DNA of 64,000 bases from Candidatus Omnitrophota bacterium (GCA_042570305.1 JBHPGP010000004.1:2230-66229), one strand, 5' to 3'. Shown: positions 10,886 through 21,847, counted from the first letter of the stretch. Notes: generated by a model not told the origin, from the letters alone. Numbers and translations: made by a program.

Positions 10886-12136
10886 TTAAGTTCCCAGCTC
10901 CCAACTTACCAGATATTTTTTTTGCGCAGGCGTAAGATTGTCAATCGCAACACCCATGGTTTTTAATTTCAATCTCGCGATATTCTTATCTATCTTTTCG
11001 GGAACCTTGTAAACACGGTTTTGTAATTTCCGGTAATTCCTGAAGATATACTCGACGCCGAGCGCCTGGTTGGCAAAACTCATATCCATAACCTGGGCCG
11101 GATGCCCCTCTGCTGCTGCCAGATTCACCAGGCGACCCTCGCCCAAAAGATAGAGCCTGCGACCATTGGACAAAGAATACTCCTGGAGGCAATGACGAAT
11201 GTCCCTCTTCTTCCTGCTCATGCGCTTAAGCGCAGCCAGATCTATTTCTACGTTAAAGTGACCGGCATTAGCCAGAATCGCTCCGTCTTTCATTAATAAA
11301 AAGTGTCTTCGTCCGATAACATCCCTGTCTCCGGTTACGGTAACGAATATATCTGCCTGGCGGCAGGCATCAGTCAAAGGCAAAACGCGAAAACCGTCCA
11401 TTACCGCCTCCAGGCCGCGCAAAGGGTCAGTCTCGGTAACTATCACATTAGCCCCCATTCCCTTAGCGCGCATTGCCACTCCGCGGCCGCAGAAGCCATA
11501 ACCGCAAACCGCAAAGTTAGAGCCCGCCAACAACTTATTGGTAGCGCGGATTATCCCGTCGATTGTCGACTGTCCTGTGCCGTAACGGTTATCAAAGAGG
11601 TGCTTTGTGTCAGCGTCATTGACTGCGATTATCGGATACCCCAGCTTCCCTTGCCTCTCCATGGCGCGCAACCTGATTACTCCGGTGGTGGTTTCCTCTG
11701 TACCCCCCATTATCCTATCCAGTTTATAATGCTTATGTAGCGTAGAGACTAAATCGGCTCCGTCATCCATCGTAATCACAGGTCTGGCTGCCAATACCGA
11801 CTTTATGTGTCGATAATAGGTCTTGTTATCTTCTCCGTTAATTGCGAATACCGCAATCCGCGAATGCCTAACCAGGCTTGCCGCTACATCATCCTGCGTG
11901 GATAAAGGATTAGAGGCACAAAGCGACAAATTCGCACCTGCATCTTTTAAGGCTCCAGCCAAAACTGCTGTTTCTGTAGTTACGTGCAGACACGCAGCAA
12001 TGTTTACGCCGGCCAAAGGCCTCTGCTTCTTGAAGCGCTGCCGGATAAGCCCTAAAACCGGCATGTTCTTGCCTGCCCACTCAGTCCTTAATTTGCCCTT
12101 ATTGGCCAAACTTATATCTTTAATATCGTATTTCAT
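10886..12136 (-). CDS. ahcY: adenosylhomocysteinase
   Basis: '[12 protein letters not shown]', 'MDDGADL', '[18 protein letters not shown]' NAD motif, 'GHFNVEID'. Confidence 0.95.
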   Translation of the reverse strand: MKYDIKDISLANKGKLRTEWAGKNMPVLGLIRQRFKKQRPLAGVNIAACLHVTTETAVLAGALKDAGANLSLCASNPLSTQDDVAASLVRHSRIAVFAINGEDNKTYYRHIKSVLAARPVITMDDGADLVSTLHKHYKLDRIMGGTEETTTGVIRLRAMERQGKLGYPIIAVNDADTKHLFDNRYGTGQSTIDGIIRATNKLLAGSNFAVCGYGFCGRGVAMRAKGMGANVIVTETDPLRGLEAVMDGFRVLPLTDACRQADIFVTVTGDRDVIGRRHFLLMKDGAILANAGHFNVEIDLAALKRMSRKKRDIRHCLQEYSLSNGRRLYLLGEGRLVNLAAAEGHPAQVMDMSFANQALGVEYIFRNYRKLQNRVYKVPEKIDKNIARLKLKTMGVAIDNLTPAQKKYLVSWELGT

Positions 12137-12154
12137 CTATACCCCCGGATAATC

Positions 12155-13303
12155 TTATAATTCTTTCTGTAATTGTTTTACCTTGTCTAATTTCTCCCAG
12201 CTAAACTCATCGCGGCCAAAATGACCGTAACTGGCTGTCTTCTTATAAATCGGCTTTAGCAAATCCAGCGTCTTGATTATGCCCTGAGGAGTAAGCTCGA
12301 AATTCTTTCTAATTAACTGGATGATCTTCTCCTGCGGAAGCTTCGACGTGCCAAAGGTATCCAGCACAATTGACAAGGGCTCGGCCTTACCGATTACGTA
12401 AGCAAATTGAAGCAGGCATTTCTCTGCCAGGCCTGCGGCAACGGTATTCTTGGCAATATAGCGCGCCATATAAGCGGCTGACCTGTCTACCTTAGTCGGG
12501 TCTTTACCGCTGAATGCCCCTCCTCCATGAGCAACCATCCCACCGTAAGTATCGACAATAATTTTCCTGCCGGTCATGCCTGTATCGGATTGAGGCCCTC
12601 CGATAAGAAACTTTCCGGTCTGATTAATATAGAATTTTGTATCCTGGTCAATCAAATCCTTTAATACAGGCAGGGCGATCACCTCAATCAACTCCTGACG
12701 CGCCTCTTCGGAAATATGTTTTCCCGTTTTATCAAGTATCTCTTCGGTGTGCTGACAGGCAAGCACTACCGAATCTACGCGCCTGGCCTTGTTGCCTTCG
12801 TACTCTACCGCAACCTGCGATTTTCCGTCCGGGCCTAGATATTTCAAGGTTCCGTTTTTACGCACCTGCGCCATGCGCATAACCAGTTTATGGGCAAGCA
12901 TAATCGGCAAGGGCATAAATTCCGGCGTCTCAGAACAGGCATAACCGATCATTGTTCCCTGATCTCCTGCGCCTCCTGCGTCCACCCCCTGGGCAATATC
13001 CGGAGACTGGCTGTGAATAGCATTGAGTATAGCACAGGTATTGTAATCAAAGCCGTACTTGGGATGCGTATATCCGATACCCTTGATTACGTCGCGCACC
13101 AGCCTATGCACATCAACATAACCATGAGTGGTTATTTCTCCTCCGATAATCACCAGGCCCATGGTTACATAGGTCTCGCAGGCTACTCGCCCCTTTGTAT
13201 CCTGCCTTAACACATCATCCAGAACCGCGTCGGAAATCTGGTCGCAAAGTTTATCCGGATGCCCCTCGCTTACTGATTCCGAACTAAAAAATACCTTTGA
13301 CAT
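12155..13303 (-). CDS. metK: S-adenosylmethionine synthase
   Basis: '[18 protein letters not shown]', 'GAGDQG', '[16 protein letters not shown]'. Confidence 0.95.
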   Translation of the reverse strand: MSKVFFSSESVSEGHPDKLCDQISDAVLDDVLRQDTKGRVACETYVTMGLVIIGGEITTHGYVDVHRLVRDVIKGIGYTHPKYGFDYNTCAILNAIHSQSPDIAQGVDAGGAGDQGTMIGYACSETPEFMPLPIMLAHKLVMRMAQVRKNGTLKYLGPDGKSQVAVEYEGNKARRVDSVVLACQHTEEILDKTGKHISEEARQELIEVIALPVLKDLIDQDTKFYINQTGKFLIGGPQSDTGMTGRKIIVDTYGGMVAHGGGAFSGKDPTKVDRSAAYMARYIAKNTVAAGLAEKCLLQFAYVIGKAEPLSIVLDTFGTSKLPQEKIIQLIRKNFELTPQGIIKTLDLLKPIYKKTASYGHFGRDEFSWEKLDKVKQLQKEL

Positions 13304-13307
13304 AAAC

Positions 13308-14054
13308 CTATCTCCCTTCCCTTAGCATGCTCTTTGCCTTCCTGTAGGTATCCAAATGCCCGACATCAAACCAGAAATCCTTGAAAATATAACCGTAAAC
13401 CCTATCTGTCTTGCATAACCAGCTGATATAGGAACCGGAGGCATCAGAAGAGTTTGTCGGGTCATTAAAATATTCTCTCAGCAGGCTCAGTGTTCTTCCC
13501 GGAAAATAATACAGACACATAGCCACTAAGCTCGATTTCGGCTTGGCGGGTTTCTCATAAAAATCAATAACACGCTTGCTGCTGGAGAGACTTACTACGC
13601 CGTAGTGTTGCGCGTGGCTTTTATCCTGAATATCGAATAGCCCGATGCTCGCATAAGGAGATTTGCTTTTGGCAAAACGCATAAAACCCCTGAGATTGCT
13701 TTTAAAGAGGTTATCTCCGCCTAAAACTAAGAAATCTTGGCTAAACCTTAGTTTATGGAATACAAAATGCATATCCCCGATTGCCCCTAACCTGTCATCC
13801 GGGCTCCTGCTCAAATCATTAACGATACTGATAGGGTATTTCGACCGCAAGCTACTCTTCCACTCTTTGAACTGGCGGAAGAACCTGGCATTGGTAACCA
13901 CGATAATACCTGAGACGCCCTGCAGCTCTGTGACCTTCTCCACCAGGTAATTGATAATAGGCCTTTTGCCTACCTCAAGCAGGGGCTTGGGAAAGTTTTT
14001 TGTATACGGATATAAACGCGTACCGTAACCCGCGGCAAGAATGAGCGCTTTCAT
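13308..14054 (-). CDS. sugar-phosphate nucleotidyltransferase (NTP_transferase family)
   Basis: '[26 protein letters not shown]' signature N-terminus. Confidence 0.7.
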   Translation of the reverse strand: MKALILAAGYGTRLYPYTKNFPKPLLEVGKRPIINYLVEKVTELQGVSGIIVVTNARFFRQFKEWKSSLRSKYPISIVNDLSRSPDDRLGAIGDMHFVFHKLRFSQDFLVLGGDNLFKSNLRGFMRFAKSKSPYASIGLFDIQDKSHAQHYGVVSLSSSKRVIDFYEKPAKPKSSLVAMCLYYFPGRTLSLLREYFNDPTNSSDASGSYISWLCKTDRVYGYIFKDFWFDVGHLDTYRKAKSMLREGR

Positions 14055-14083
14055 TTCAATGAGTCCACACAGAAGTTATGTCT

Positions 14084-14911
14084 TTATTTAACGAATACAT
14101 CTTTGTAATCATAATCCAGAGGGCGATTAAGAAAATCCAGTGCCTCGGGAGACTGATTGATAATATTATACATCGGCCTGTCTTGGACAAGTGCAAACCT
14201 TTTGATTGCATTTGACGGACGCACAAAGTTCACTTCGGCTACACGGCTAAAATGAGGATTTTTGCTGATTGCCAGCCCAACCTTCAGGCTGGGACTCGCC
14301 TGTGTGTCTCTATCTGCTGTGGTAACAAAATAAGCTGCCCCTTCTGCTGTCTTGTATAATTCATAACGTGAAGAGAAGCGGCTGCTGACCCAGTTAGCGG
14401 TAATCAGATAGTCCGGGCCGGGATTAATCAATATGTGCCCGAAACCAGGAGGAATGACAATCTTCTGCCCGGCAACTGCCTCAACCATAATCGCCTCTTC
14501 GATAATCCGGTAATCCTTGGCATCACTGCGCTGCATAAGACAAAAACACCTGCCCCAGAGCAACTCGTATAATTCAGGAAAGCTCTCTGGGTGATAATGC
14601 CCGGCGGTCTTCATAAACTCTCGACCCAGGCATACGGGCTTAATCGCGGTCACATCAAAACGCAGTGCATGTTTTTCCAAAGCAGGTTTATCGCAAATAC
14701 GATAGATGTCCCGGTACATATAATATAATTCTTCCGGCTCTCCTAAGCCCTTATCCAGTAAAACCTCTTGCATCTGTGTGATGGTCCTGATAGCGGGAGT
14801 CCTGGGCGTAAGATCCGTGGCAAAAGACATCTCTGGTTTCTCAGTATCGAATTTTAATCCCAATCCTGATTTCTCTTTTAAATCAAGGAGCATTCTGGTG
14901 TCCTTTCTCAA
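14084..14911 (-). CDS. cupin-type glucose-6-phosphate isomerase-like protein
   Basis: 'TAGHYHP....ELYELLWG ... IPPGFGHILIN' resembles the archaeal-type cupin PGI metal motif. The track start is TTG (14911); ATG at 14893 is an alternative. Confidence 0.5.
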   Translation of the reverse strand: MRKDTRMLLDLKEKSGLGLKFDTEKPEMSFATDLTPRTPAIRTITQMQEVLLDKGLGEPEELYYMYRDIYRICDKPALEKHALRFDVTAIKPVCLGREFMKTAGHYHPESFPELYELLWGRCFCLMQRSDAKDYRIIEEAIMVEAVAGQKIVIPPGFGHILINPGPDYLITANWVSSRFSSRYELYKTAEGAAYFVTTADRDTQASPSLKVGLAISKNPHFSRVAEVNFVRPSNAIKRFALVQDRPMYNIINQSPEALDFLNRPLDYDYKDVFVK

Positions 14912-16653
14912 GTTTTATCCAAAATATCTTTTAATTTCCTGTGGATGAACTCCTCTACGTCTTTGCCGGTAGACAGCCTCAATGCCTCCTGAGCAATATT
15001 TTTTGCCTCCTCTATGCTTATCGAACGTACTATATACTTGATCTGGGGAATAGTAACGGAAGGCATGCTGAACTCATCCAGGCCCAGGCCCAAAAGAATT
15101 AAAACCATTGCTGCATCCCCGGACATTTCTCCGCACATTGCTACGGAAATATTCTTGTTGTGCCCTGCGTCAATGATGTTTTTAATCATGCGCAGCATCG
15201 CCGGATGTGCCGGCTCATAAAGATAGGCCACCTTTTCATTTGCCCGGTCAACCGCTAATGAGTACTGGATAAGGTCGTTGGTGCCGATACTGAAGAAATC
15301 GGCCGCCTCCGCCAAGATATCAGAGGTCATAGCTGCTGAGGGCAGCTCAATCATCGCGCCTACCTCTATCTCCTTGTCAAAGGCAGTGCCCTCACTGTTC
15401 AATTCCTCTTTACATCTCTCTAGTATCTGATTTGCCTGCTTGAATTCCTCAATTCCGGAAATCATCGGGTACATAAGCCTCAATTTCCCGTAGCCTGAGG
15501 CTCTCAATATCGCGCGCAACTGCACCTTGAAAATATCCGGGCGAGCCAGGCAGAACCTTATCGCCCGCCAGCCAAGAAAGGAGGTCATCTCATGAGGTAT
15601 ATTCAGCTGCGAAATAAATTTGTCTCCTCCTAAATCCAAGGTGCGGATAGTTACAGGGTAAGGGGACAATGCCTGCGCAACGGATTTATAAGCCTGGAAA
15701 TGCTCCTCTTCCGTGGGCAGGTCTTCGCGGTTCATATAAAAATACTCGGTGCGGTACAGTCCGATTCCCTCTGCGCCGTGTAATTTTAGCGAAGGGATTT
15801 CTTCGGGCAACTCGATATTGGCCAGGATGCTTACCCTATGCTCATCACTGGTCACTGCCGGCATGTCTTTAACCTGTAAAAATCTTTCACTATCGTCCCT
15901 AAGCCTGGTTTCTTCCCGATGATAGGAATTAAGCGTATCCTCGTCAGGATTGATAATCACCAGCCCTGAGGATCCGTCTATAATCAGCAAATCTTCATTT
16001 TTAATCTTCTCGGTTGCCTGATGGAGTCCGACTACCGCGGGTATTTCCAAGGACTTAGCCATAATCGCGGCGTGAGAGGTTTTGCCTCCGATTTCGGTTA
16101 CAAAGCCGCAGATATTCTCTTTATTGATGGTCGCCGTTTCGGAAGGCGACAAATCATGAGCGACGATGATTACCCTCTTATCTAAGGTGCTCAGTAATCT
16201 TACCCTGCCGGCTTCTTTACCTAAGAGGTGCCGCAAGATACGCTTTCCCACGTCATTGATATCAACGATGCGCTCCCTGAGATAAGCGTCTTCTATTTTG
16301 GAAAAAACCTGAATATACTTTTTTAGCACTTCGGAAAAAATATAGGCAACGTTGAGGAATTCCTTTTTCAGCCGCGAGATGACCTCTTCTATGAGCATGC
16401 GGTCTTCCAAGACCAGGAGATGCGCCTCGAAAATCTGAGCAGAGTCCTTGCCCATTTCGGTGGAAATCCGTTTCTGTAAATCAAGGATTTCCTTCCGCGT
16501 ATTAATCAGCGCTTCCTCGAAAAGCTGAATCTGCGCAGGCACCTGCTCCTGGCTGATCGCCTGTTTTGAAATTAACCACTCTTCGGGCCTTAACTTAAAT
16601 GCCGGTCCAATAACTATACCAGGAGCCGCAGCTATACCCTTAAGCTTTTCCAT
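14908..16653 (-). CDS. ptsI: phosphoenolpyruvate-protein phosphotransferase (PTS Enzyme I)
   Basis: 'GGKTSHAAIMAKSLEIPAVVG' active-site His region, 'LRTLDLGGDK', 'FFSIGTNDLIQY'. I place the start at ATG 16653 (MEKLKGIAAAPG), which has AGGAGGGGG upstream. Confidence 0.9.
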   Translation of the reverse strand: MEKLKGIAAAPGIVIGPAFKLRPEEWLISKQAISQEQVPAQIQLFEEALINTRKEILDLQKRISTEMGKDSAQIFEAHLLVLEDRMLIEEVISRLKKEFLNVAYIFSEVLKKYIQVFSKIEDAYLRERIVDINDVGKRILRHLLGKEAGRVRLLSTLDKRVIIVAHDLSPSETATINKENICGFVTEIGGKTSHAAIMAKSLEIPAVVGLHQATEKIKNEDLLIIDGSSGLVIINPDEDTLNSYHREETRLRDDSERFLQVKDMPAVTSDEHRVSILANIELPEEIPSLKLHGAEGIGLYRTEYFYMNREDLPTEEEHFQAYKSVAQALSPYPVTIRTLDLGGDKFISQLNIPHEMTSFLGWRAIRFCLARPDIFKVQLRAILRASGYGKLRLMYPMISGIEEFKQANQILERCKEELNSEGTAFDKEIEVGAMIELPSAAMTSDILAEAADFFSIGTNDLIQYSLAVDRANEKVAYLYEPAHPAMLRMIKNIIDAGHNKNISVAMCGEMSGDAAMVLILLGLGLDEFSMPSVTIPQIKYIVRSISIEEAKNIAQEALRLSTGKDVEEFIHRKLKDILDKT

Positions 16654-16930
16654 CGGATTCCCCCTCCTGCTCATTATTACTTACCAGCCTTTCTAACTCA
16701 AATATTGCATCCCGAGCATCCCTGCCTTCAGCTTCGATAATGATACGGCTGTCACGCTCTGCCCCCAGGGTAAGAATGCCCATAATCGATTTTCCGTTCA
16801 CCCGTTCGCTATCCTTCTCTACGGTAATACGGGAATCAAATTTATTCGCCGCCTGGACAAATAAAGCAGCTGGCCTTGCGTGCAGCCCTGATTTATTCTT
16901 TACTATTATCTCTTTTCTTATCTTTTGCAT
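16640..16930 (-). CDS. ptsH: phosphocarrier protein HPr
   Basis: 'GLHARPAA' (His15 site) and 'GKSIMGILTLG' (Ser46 site). Confidence 0.85.
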   Translation of the reverse strand: MQKIRKEIIVKNKSGLHARPAALFVQAANKFDSRITVEKDSERVNGKSIMGILTLGAERDSRIIIEAEGRDARDAIFELERLVSNNEQEGESDGKA

Positions 16931-16945
16931 GCTTGAAAAACTCTC

Positions 16946-18214
16946 TCAAATCTCCTCAACCAATCCCAGGATTATCCGGGATAATTTAAGCGGATCGTGC
17001 CTGATATAGTTATCGAAAACTGCGGCGATATTATCCTGGATCATCCGGCAGCCGAGACTGCGAATTCTTGAGATATCGGCAACTACGGGATAGGAACCGT
17101 CTTGCTTATAGCGTTGCAGTAAATCCGCGGGTATGGCGCCGGTATTCACCAAGCAGTAATCTACAATCCTGGGATGAGTATGGCTGAGCAATACACTCAG
17201 GTGTCCGGAAGCCGCAAAACCGTCTGTTTCTCCGGGTTGAGTCATGATATTGCAAACGTAAATCTTAATCGCATTCGAGGCAACAATTGCCTCGGATATA
17301 TCTTTAACCAACAGGTTTGGGATGATGCTTGTATAAAGACTGCCCGGGCCCAAAACAATTACCTCAGCTTCACGGATTGCCGTAAGAGCCTCCTGGGTGG
17401 CTTGGGAGCCTTCGGGTTTAAGCCAAATGCGCTGAATCGGACGCTTAGCCTTAGGGATGTTTGCTTCTCCCTCCGTAATACTTCCGTCCTTATACTGAGC
17501 TACCAGGACCACATTATCCAGGGTAGAAGGGATAACCTGTCCGCGGATAGCCAAAACCTTGCTTGACTCCTTAATTGCCTTATCAAAATCACCGGTAACC
17601 TGGGTCATTACGGTAATGAAGAGATTGCCAAAGTTATGCCCGGAGAATTCCGAGGAAGAATCGAAACGAAACTGAAATAATTCGCGCATCAGTGCAGGGG
17701 CATCCGCAAGGGCAACCAGGCAGTTGCGTATATCACCAGGAGGCAAAATATCAAACTGCCTGCGTAATCTTCCGGAGGAACCTCCGTCGTCAGCTACGGT
17801 CACCACTGCGCTGATATTTGAAGTATGCTCCCTTAAGCCTTCCAGCAATACCGACAGGCCTGTTCCCCCTCCGATGGTCACGATATTCGGACCTCTCTCC
17901 AATTTCCTTCGCCTGTAAATGATATCGGCGAACCCTCTGCGTTTCCCCAGTTCGGGGAAAAAAAACAGAACAAAAGAATGTAAAGCCCTTACTGCCCCCA
18001 ATATTAACAAGGATATACCCAATAAGATCAGGAGTGCACCTAGCGCCTTTGATACTGCCGGCAGAAATATACTTTCTCTGTCCAGATTCAAAACTCCCAC
18101 GATTACCAGCACTATTCCAAAAGCGGACACCAAAATCCAGCGCTTTATGCCGATCCCCGGATAAAGCCATTTGACTATCCTGGTTATCTTCTCTATATTA
18201 AATTTTTCTCTCAT
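16946..18214 (-). CDS. yvcK: YvcK/CofD-like gluconeogenesis factor family protein with an N-terminal membrane extension
   Basis: 'VTIGGGTGLSVLLEGL', 'LPPGDIRNCLVAL', 'VLGPGSLYTSIIPNL'. The first ~95 aa hold two hydrophobic helices. Confidence 0.8.
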   Translation of the reverse strand: MREKFNIEKITRIVKWLYPGIGIKRWILVSAFGIVLVIVGVLNLDRESIFLPAVSKALGALLILLGISLLILGAVRALHSFVLFFFPELGKRRGFADIIYRRRKLERGPNIVTIGGGTGLSVLLEGLREHTSNISAVVTVADDGGSSGRLRRQFDILPPGDIRNCLVALADAPALMRELFQFRFDSSSEFSGHNFGNLFITVMTQVTGDFDKAIKESSKVLAIRGQVIPSTLDNVVLVAQYKDGSITEGEANIPKAKRPIQRIWLKPEGSQATQEALTAIREAEVIVLGPGSLYTSIIPNLLVKDISEAIVASNAIKIYVCNIMTQPGETDGFAASGHLSVLLSHTHPRIVDYCLVNTGAIPADLLQRYKQDGSYPVVADISRIRSLGCRMIQDNIAAVFDNYIRHDPLKLSRIILGLVEEI

Positions 18215-18668
18215 CTTCCTGGGTAATTATCCTGATCACAGATTTATCATCCGCGCATTGCCTGAGGCTATCGCGAAAATATTTGTCTTTCAGTAATCGG
18301 GAAACTCTTGCCAAAGCCTTAAGATGCGGCCCTGCAGAATCTGCCGGCGCAAGCAGCAAAAAGAAGATATAAACCGGCTCTCCGTCCAGAGAATCGAAAT
18401 TAACCCCTTTGCGGGATAAACCAAAGGCAGCGACCAGTTTCTTTACGCAATCAGACTTGGCATGCGGTATGCCGACACCCTGACCTATGGCGGTTGAACC
18501 CAATATCTCCCTAGCCATCAATGCCTCGATAAGCTTGTTGCGGTAACGCTTATCAATTTCTCCCGCCGAAATCAAAGCGTCGATAAGCTCGCGTAATATG
18601 TCTTCTTTTTTGGTGGATTTTAAATCCGTTGTTACTGCTTTTTTGCTTAAGAAATCCAATATTTTCAT
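18198..18668 (-). CDS. ptsN: PTS EIIA (fructose/nitrogen-regulatory type), PtsN-like
   Basis: 'GQGVGIPHAKS' phospho-His motif. Start moved to ATG 18668 (MKILDFLSKK, AGGAGG upstream) because the track's 5' extension to 18758 runs through tRNA-Gly. Confidence 0.8.
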   Translation of the reverse strand: MKILDFLSKKAVTTDLKSTKKEDILRELIDALISAGEIDKRYRNKLIEALMAREILGSTAIGQGVGIPHAKSDCVKKLVAAFGLSRKGVNFDSLDGEPVYIFFLLLAPADSAGPHLKALARVSRLLKDKYFRDSLRQCADDKSVIRIITQEDERKI

Positions 18669-18724
18669 ACAGTTAGTCCTCCTATTGTCTTTGCTGCTTA
18701 AACTCCCCTTTCGGGTTCGACACA

Positions 18725-18797
18725 AGCGGGAGACGGGGGTCGAACCCGCGACATTCACGTTGGCAACGTGATGCTCTACCAGCTGAGCTACTCCCGC
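18725..18797 (-). tRNA. tRNA-Gly (GCC)
   Basis: Reverse strand gcgggagtagctcagctggtagagcatcacgttgccaacgtgaatgtcgcgggttcgacccccgtctcccgct. 7-bp acceptor stem, anticodon stem tcacg/cgtga, loop ttGCCaa. CCA not encoded. Confidence 0.85.
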
Positions 18798-18835
18798 GTC
18801 ACTCTCTATAAGCTTAATACTGAAATCTTAAGAAA

Positions 18836-18917
18836 TGCGGACGGAGGGAGTTGAACCCCCAAGGGTTACCCCACAAGATCCTAAGTCTTGCGCGTATGCC
18901 AATTCCGCCACGTCCGC
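18836..18917 (-). tRNA. tRNA-Leu (UAG), long variable arm
   Basis: Reverse strand gcggacgtggcggaattggcatacgcgcaagacttaggatcttgtggggtaacccttgggggttcaactccctccgtccgca. Anticodon stem caaga/tcttg, loop ctTAGga, T-loop ttcaact. Confidence 0.8.
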
Positions 18918-18954
18918 GTCACTCGCTTAGCCTTGGCGTTCTCTCCGAAATTTG

Positions 18955-19027
18955 TGGGCCACCCGCGACTCGAACGCGGCACACCCGCCTTAAAAGGGCG
19001 GTGCTCTACCGGATGAGCTAGTGGCCC
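18955..19027 (-). tRNA. tRNA-Lys (UUU)
   Basis: Reverse strand gggccactagctcatccggtagagcaccgcccttttaaggcgggtgtgccgcgttcgagtcgcgggtggccca. Anticodon stem ccgcc/ggcgg, loop ctTTTaa. Confidence 0.85.
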
Positions 19028-19030
19028 GGA

Positions 19031-19591
19031 TTAAAACTCCAGGATTTCCTTTTCTTTATTCTTCAATACTTCATCTAACCTGGTATTATATTTATCTATC
19101 AGCTTCTGTAGCTCCTGAATACCCTTGAACTTCTCGTCTTCAGGTATGGTTTTATCTTTCTCTAATTTTTCTATCTCCTCTTTGGACTGGTGCCTTATCG
19201 TACGCAAAGAGATTCTGCTTTCCTCAGACATCTTCTTTACTAATTTCGCCAATTCCTCTCTTCTTTCTTTTGAAAGAGGGGGGACGGGTAAACGTACCAA
19301 TTTTCCGTCGCAAGAAGGATTTATTCCGAGGTTAGCCTTGAGAATAGCCTTTTCAATCTCCGGGATAACAGCTTGATCCCAGGGCTGGATTACCAGAAGA
19401 TGGGCATCCTGAGTAGAGATACTGGCTAATTGCTTTAACAAAGTAGGGGTTCCGTAATAATCAATATGCAGCCCTTCCACCAGAGAAGGAGTCGCGCGGC
19501 CTGTACGCACGCTGTTAAACTCTCTTACGGCTGCCTCTATTGTCTTCTTCATGTTCTCTTCTGTATTACGCAAAACCTCTTTGACGGTCAT
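19031..19591 (-). CDS. frr: ribosome recycling factor
   Basis: Full-length Frr pattern: 'FNSVRTGRATPSLVEGL...YYG', 'LPVPPLSKERREEL'. Confidence 0.95.
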   Translation of the reverse strand: MTVKEVLRNTEENMKKTIEAAVREFNSVRTGRATPSLVEGLHIDYYGTPTLLKQLASISTQDAHLLVIQPWDQAVIPEIEKAILKANLGINPSCDGKLVRLPVPPLSKERREELAKLVKKMSEESRISLRTIRHQSKEEIEKLEKDKTIPEDEKFKGIQELQKLIDKYNTRLDEVLKNKEKEILEF

Positions 19592-19684
19592 ATCTGTCTC
19601 CTTGATGTTCTCTCCAGCTGGCAGTGAACAGCCAAGCTGTCTATTCTAACCTTGCCGCTATGCAACAAAAGCTAAAACGCTGAC

Positions 19685-20437
19685 TCACTTTACTACTGTT
19701 CCAATCTTCTCCCCTAAGACTACGCGCTTGATATTACCTTTTTTGTTGAGGTCAAAAATTACGATGGGAAGCTTATTGTCCATGCAGAGACTCACTGCGG
19801 TTGAATCCATAAAACGCAAATTCTTGTTTAAAACGTCTATATACCCTAAGGCATCAAATTTAATGGCATCTTTAAATTTTAAGGGATCCTTGTCGTAAAC
19901 TCCATCTACACGGGTTGCCTTTAAGATGACATCGGCATCGATCTCCATTCCGCGCAATGCCGCCGCAGTATCTGTTGTAAAATAAGGATTACCTGTGCCG
20001 GCCACAAAGATAATCACTCGCCCCTTTTCTAAATGCCTGATTGCCCGACGGCGGATATAAGGTTCGGCTACCTGCTGCATACTTAACGCAGTCATTAGCC
20101 TGGTAGGAAGACCTGTCTTTTCCAATGACTCCTGAAAGGCAAGGCCGTTTATCACCGTCGCCAGCATCCCCATATAGTCCGCTACAGACCTGTCCATATT
20201 CAACCCTCGGGAAGCAGTATTGTCCTGCCCGCGGAAGATATTGCCTCCACCCAGAACTACGGCCACATCCACTCCTAGTTCCCTGATCTCTTTTATCTGC
20301 CCGGCTATTGAATTTAACACACCCTGGTCAATGCCGTGAGAACAGCCGCCCTGCAGGGCCTCGCCACTCATCTTCAGGATAATACGCTTGTAAATCGGCT
20401 GATTCAAATATTTATTCTCCCACTTTATAGCGGACAA
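19685..20437 (-). CDS. pyrH: UMP kinase
   Basis: '[13 protein letters not shown]', '[11 protein letters not shown]', '[12 protein letters not shown]'. Confidence 0.95.
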   Translation of the reverse strand: MSAIKWENKYLNQPIYKRIILKMSGEALQGGCSHGIDQGVLNSIAGQIKEIRELGVDVAVVLGGGNIFRGQDNTASRGLNMDRSVADYMGMLATVINGLAFQESLEKTGLPTRLMTALSMQQVAEPYIRRRAIRHLEKGRVIIFVAGTGNPYFTTDTAAALRGMEIDADVILKATRVDGVYDKDPLKFKDAIKFDALGYIDVLNKNLRFMDSTAVSLCMDNKLPIVIFDLNKKGNIKRVVLGEKIGTVVK

Positions 20438-20942
20438 AACGGCGGATTACTATATTCTCGCTGAGCTTAGCCACCAAGTCAGCCATAAGGTCTCTTATGG
20501 TAACCGAAGGGTCCTTAATAAACTGCTGTTCCATGAGGCAATGCTCTTTATAGAATTTTTCTTTGTCCTCAATCTCCTCTACTGCCTTTCCCGGTACATC
20601 CTCTTTGCTGAGGTAAAGGGGATTTGTAGCAGTAATCTGCATTGCCAACTCTTTGGTAAACCTGCAGAAGTCCGTATTACGGGCAACAAAATCGGTTTCG
20701 CAATTTACCTCCAGAAGCACCCCGAGTTTATTTCCCGTATGTACATAAGACTCGACCCTGCCTTCCTGCGCAGCGCGGCCTTTCTTGGCCTTGGCAATCT
20801 CAAGACCGCGTTTACGCAAAAGCTTCATTGCCTTGTCTTTATCTCCGCCGGCTTCCTCCAGCGCCTGCCTGCAGTCGCTGACACTGGCCTGGCTCATTTT
20901 TCGCAAATCTTTAATCAAATCCAAGGGTATCTTTTTTTTCAT
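20412..20942 (-). CDS. tsf: elongation factor Ts (short form, 176 aa)
   Basis: UBA-like N-terminus '[35 protein letters not shown]', '[13 protein letters not shown]'. Confidence 0.9.
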   Translation of the reverse strand: MKKKIPLDLIKDLRKMSQASVSDCRQALEEAGGDKDKAMKLLRKRGLEIAKAKKGRAAQEGRVESYVHTGNKLGVLLEVNCETDFVARNTDFCRFTKELAMQITATNPLYLSKEDVPGKAVEEIEDKEKFYKEHCLMEQQFIKDPSVTIRDLMADLVAKLSENIVIRRFVRYKVGE

Positions 20943-20944
20943 TA

Positions 20945-21847
20945 TTATTTCCTCTTGTTTTCTTTTTCCCGAGACAAATCCGCCTTGCCGCGGGAAGCAG
21001 GCTTCACGCTACGCATCGGTTTTTCCGAAGGCCTTTCCTCTGTTTCAGCCTGCGCAGCCCCTTCCTTGGCGTCTTCCTGCTCCTCTTGCTTTTCTTCCGC
21101 CTTAGCCTCGGCGTCTGCCTGCTTTAATTCTCCGGGCAGCGTCTCGCTGGCCAGATATTTAAGAAATCTCTTCCTGCCCTCGATAATCGCATCTGCCAAC
21201 AAGGAAATTATCAGTTGAACAGACTTGATGGCATCGTCATTGCCCGGCACGGGATAATCAATTATTTGGGGATCGGAATTTGAATCCACAATTGCCACAA
21301 TGGGTATACCCAGACGCCTAGCCTCCCTTATCGCTGTCATCTCTTTGTTCGTATCCACTACTACCACGGCTGCGGGCAAATTTTCCATCTGTACAATTCC
21401 GGCAAGATTCTTCCTGAGCAAGACCGCTTCTTTCTCTAAATGAACAACCTCTTTCTTCACCAGCTTCTTGAATGTGCCGTCCTCGCGCATCCGCTCAATG
21501 TCCTTGAGGCGCTGTATGCTCTTCCTGATTGTAGAGAAATTGGTAAGCAGCCCGCCCAGCCAACGGATATTCACGTAATACATACCGCAACGCTCTGCCT
21601 CCTGCTGAATTATACTCTGGGCCTGCTTCTTGGTGCCAACAAAGATGATGCCCTGACCCCGGGAAGCCGAATCCAATAGAAAATCACGCGCCTGATCCAA
21701 GCATTGCGCAGTCTTTTCCAAATCAATAATATAAATTCCGCACCTGGAGCCGAATATATATTTTTTCATTTTGGGGTTCCAGCGCGAAGTCCTGTGGCCG
21801 AAATGCACTCCTGCTTCTAATAGTTGTTTGATTAATTCGTTTGGCAA
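20945..21847 (-). CDS. rpsB: 30S ribosomal protein S2 with a ~60-aa charged C-terminal tail
   Basis: '[19 protein letters not shown]', '[12 protein letters not shown]'. TTG start with AAGGAGG 8 nt upstream. Confidence 0.95.
   Translation of the reverse strand: MPNELIKQLLEAGVHFGHRTSRWNPKMKKYIFGSRCGIYIIDLEKTAQCLDQARDFLLDSASRGQGIIFVGTKKQAQSIIQQEAERCGMYYVNIRWLGGLLTNFSTIRKSIQRLKDIERMREDGTFKKLVKKEVVHLEKEAVLLRKNLAGIVQMENLPAAVVVVDTNKEMTAIREARRLGIPIVAIVDSNSDPQIIDYPVPGNDDAIKSVQLIISLLADAIIEGRKRFLKYLASETLPGELKQADAEAKAEEKQEEQEDAKEGAAQAETEERPSEKPMRSVKPASRGKADLSREKENKRK

Noticed and set aside
18669-18758. 5' extension of the PtsN-like ORF (track start 18758)
   Set aside because: The extension runs through tRNA-Gly (18725..18797). 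An internal ATG at 18668 has an AGGAGG SD and gives a normal EIIA N-terminus.
20541-21218. 225-aa plus-strand ORF, and the many other plus-strand ORFs nested in minus-strand genes (e.g. 593..877, 970..1434, 3904..4233, 6233..6658, 11303..11740, 28500..28934)
   Set aside because: They are antisense shadows of well-supported conserved genes. Their translations are low-complexity or unrecognisable and they have no SD sites.
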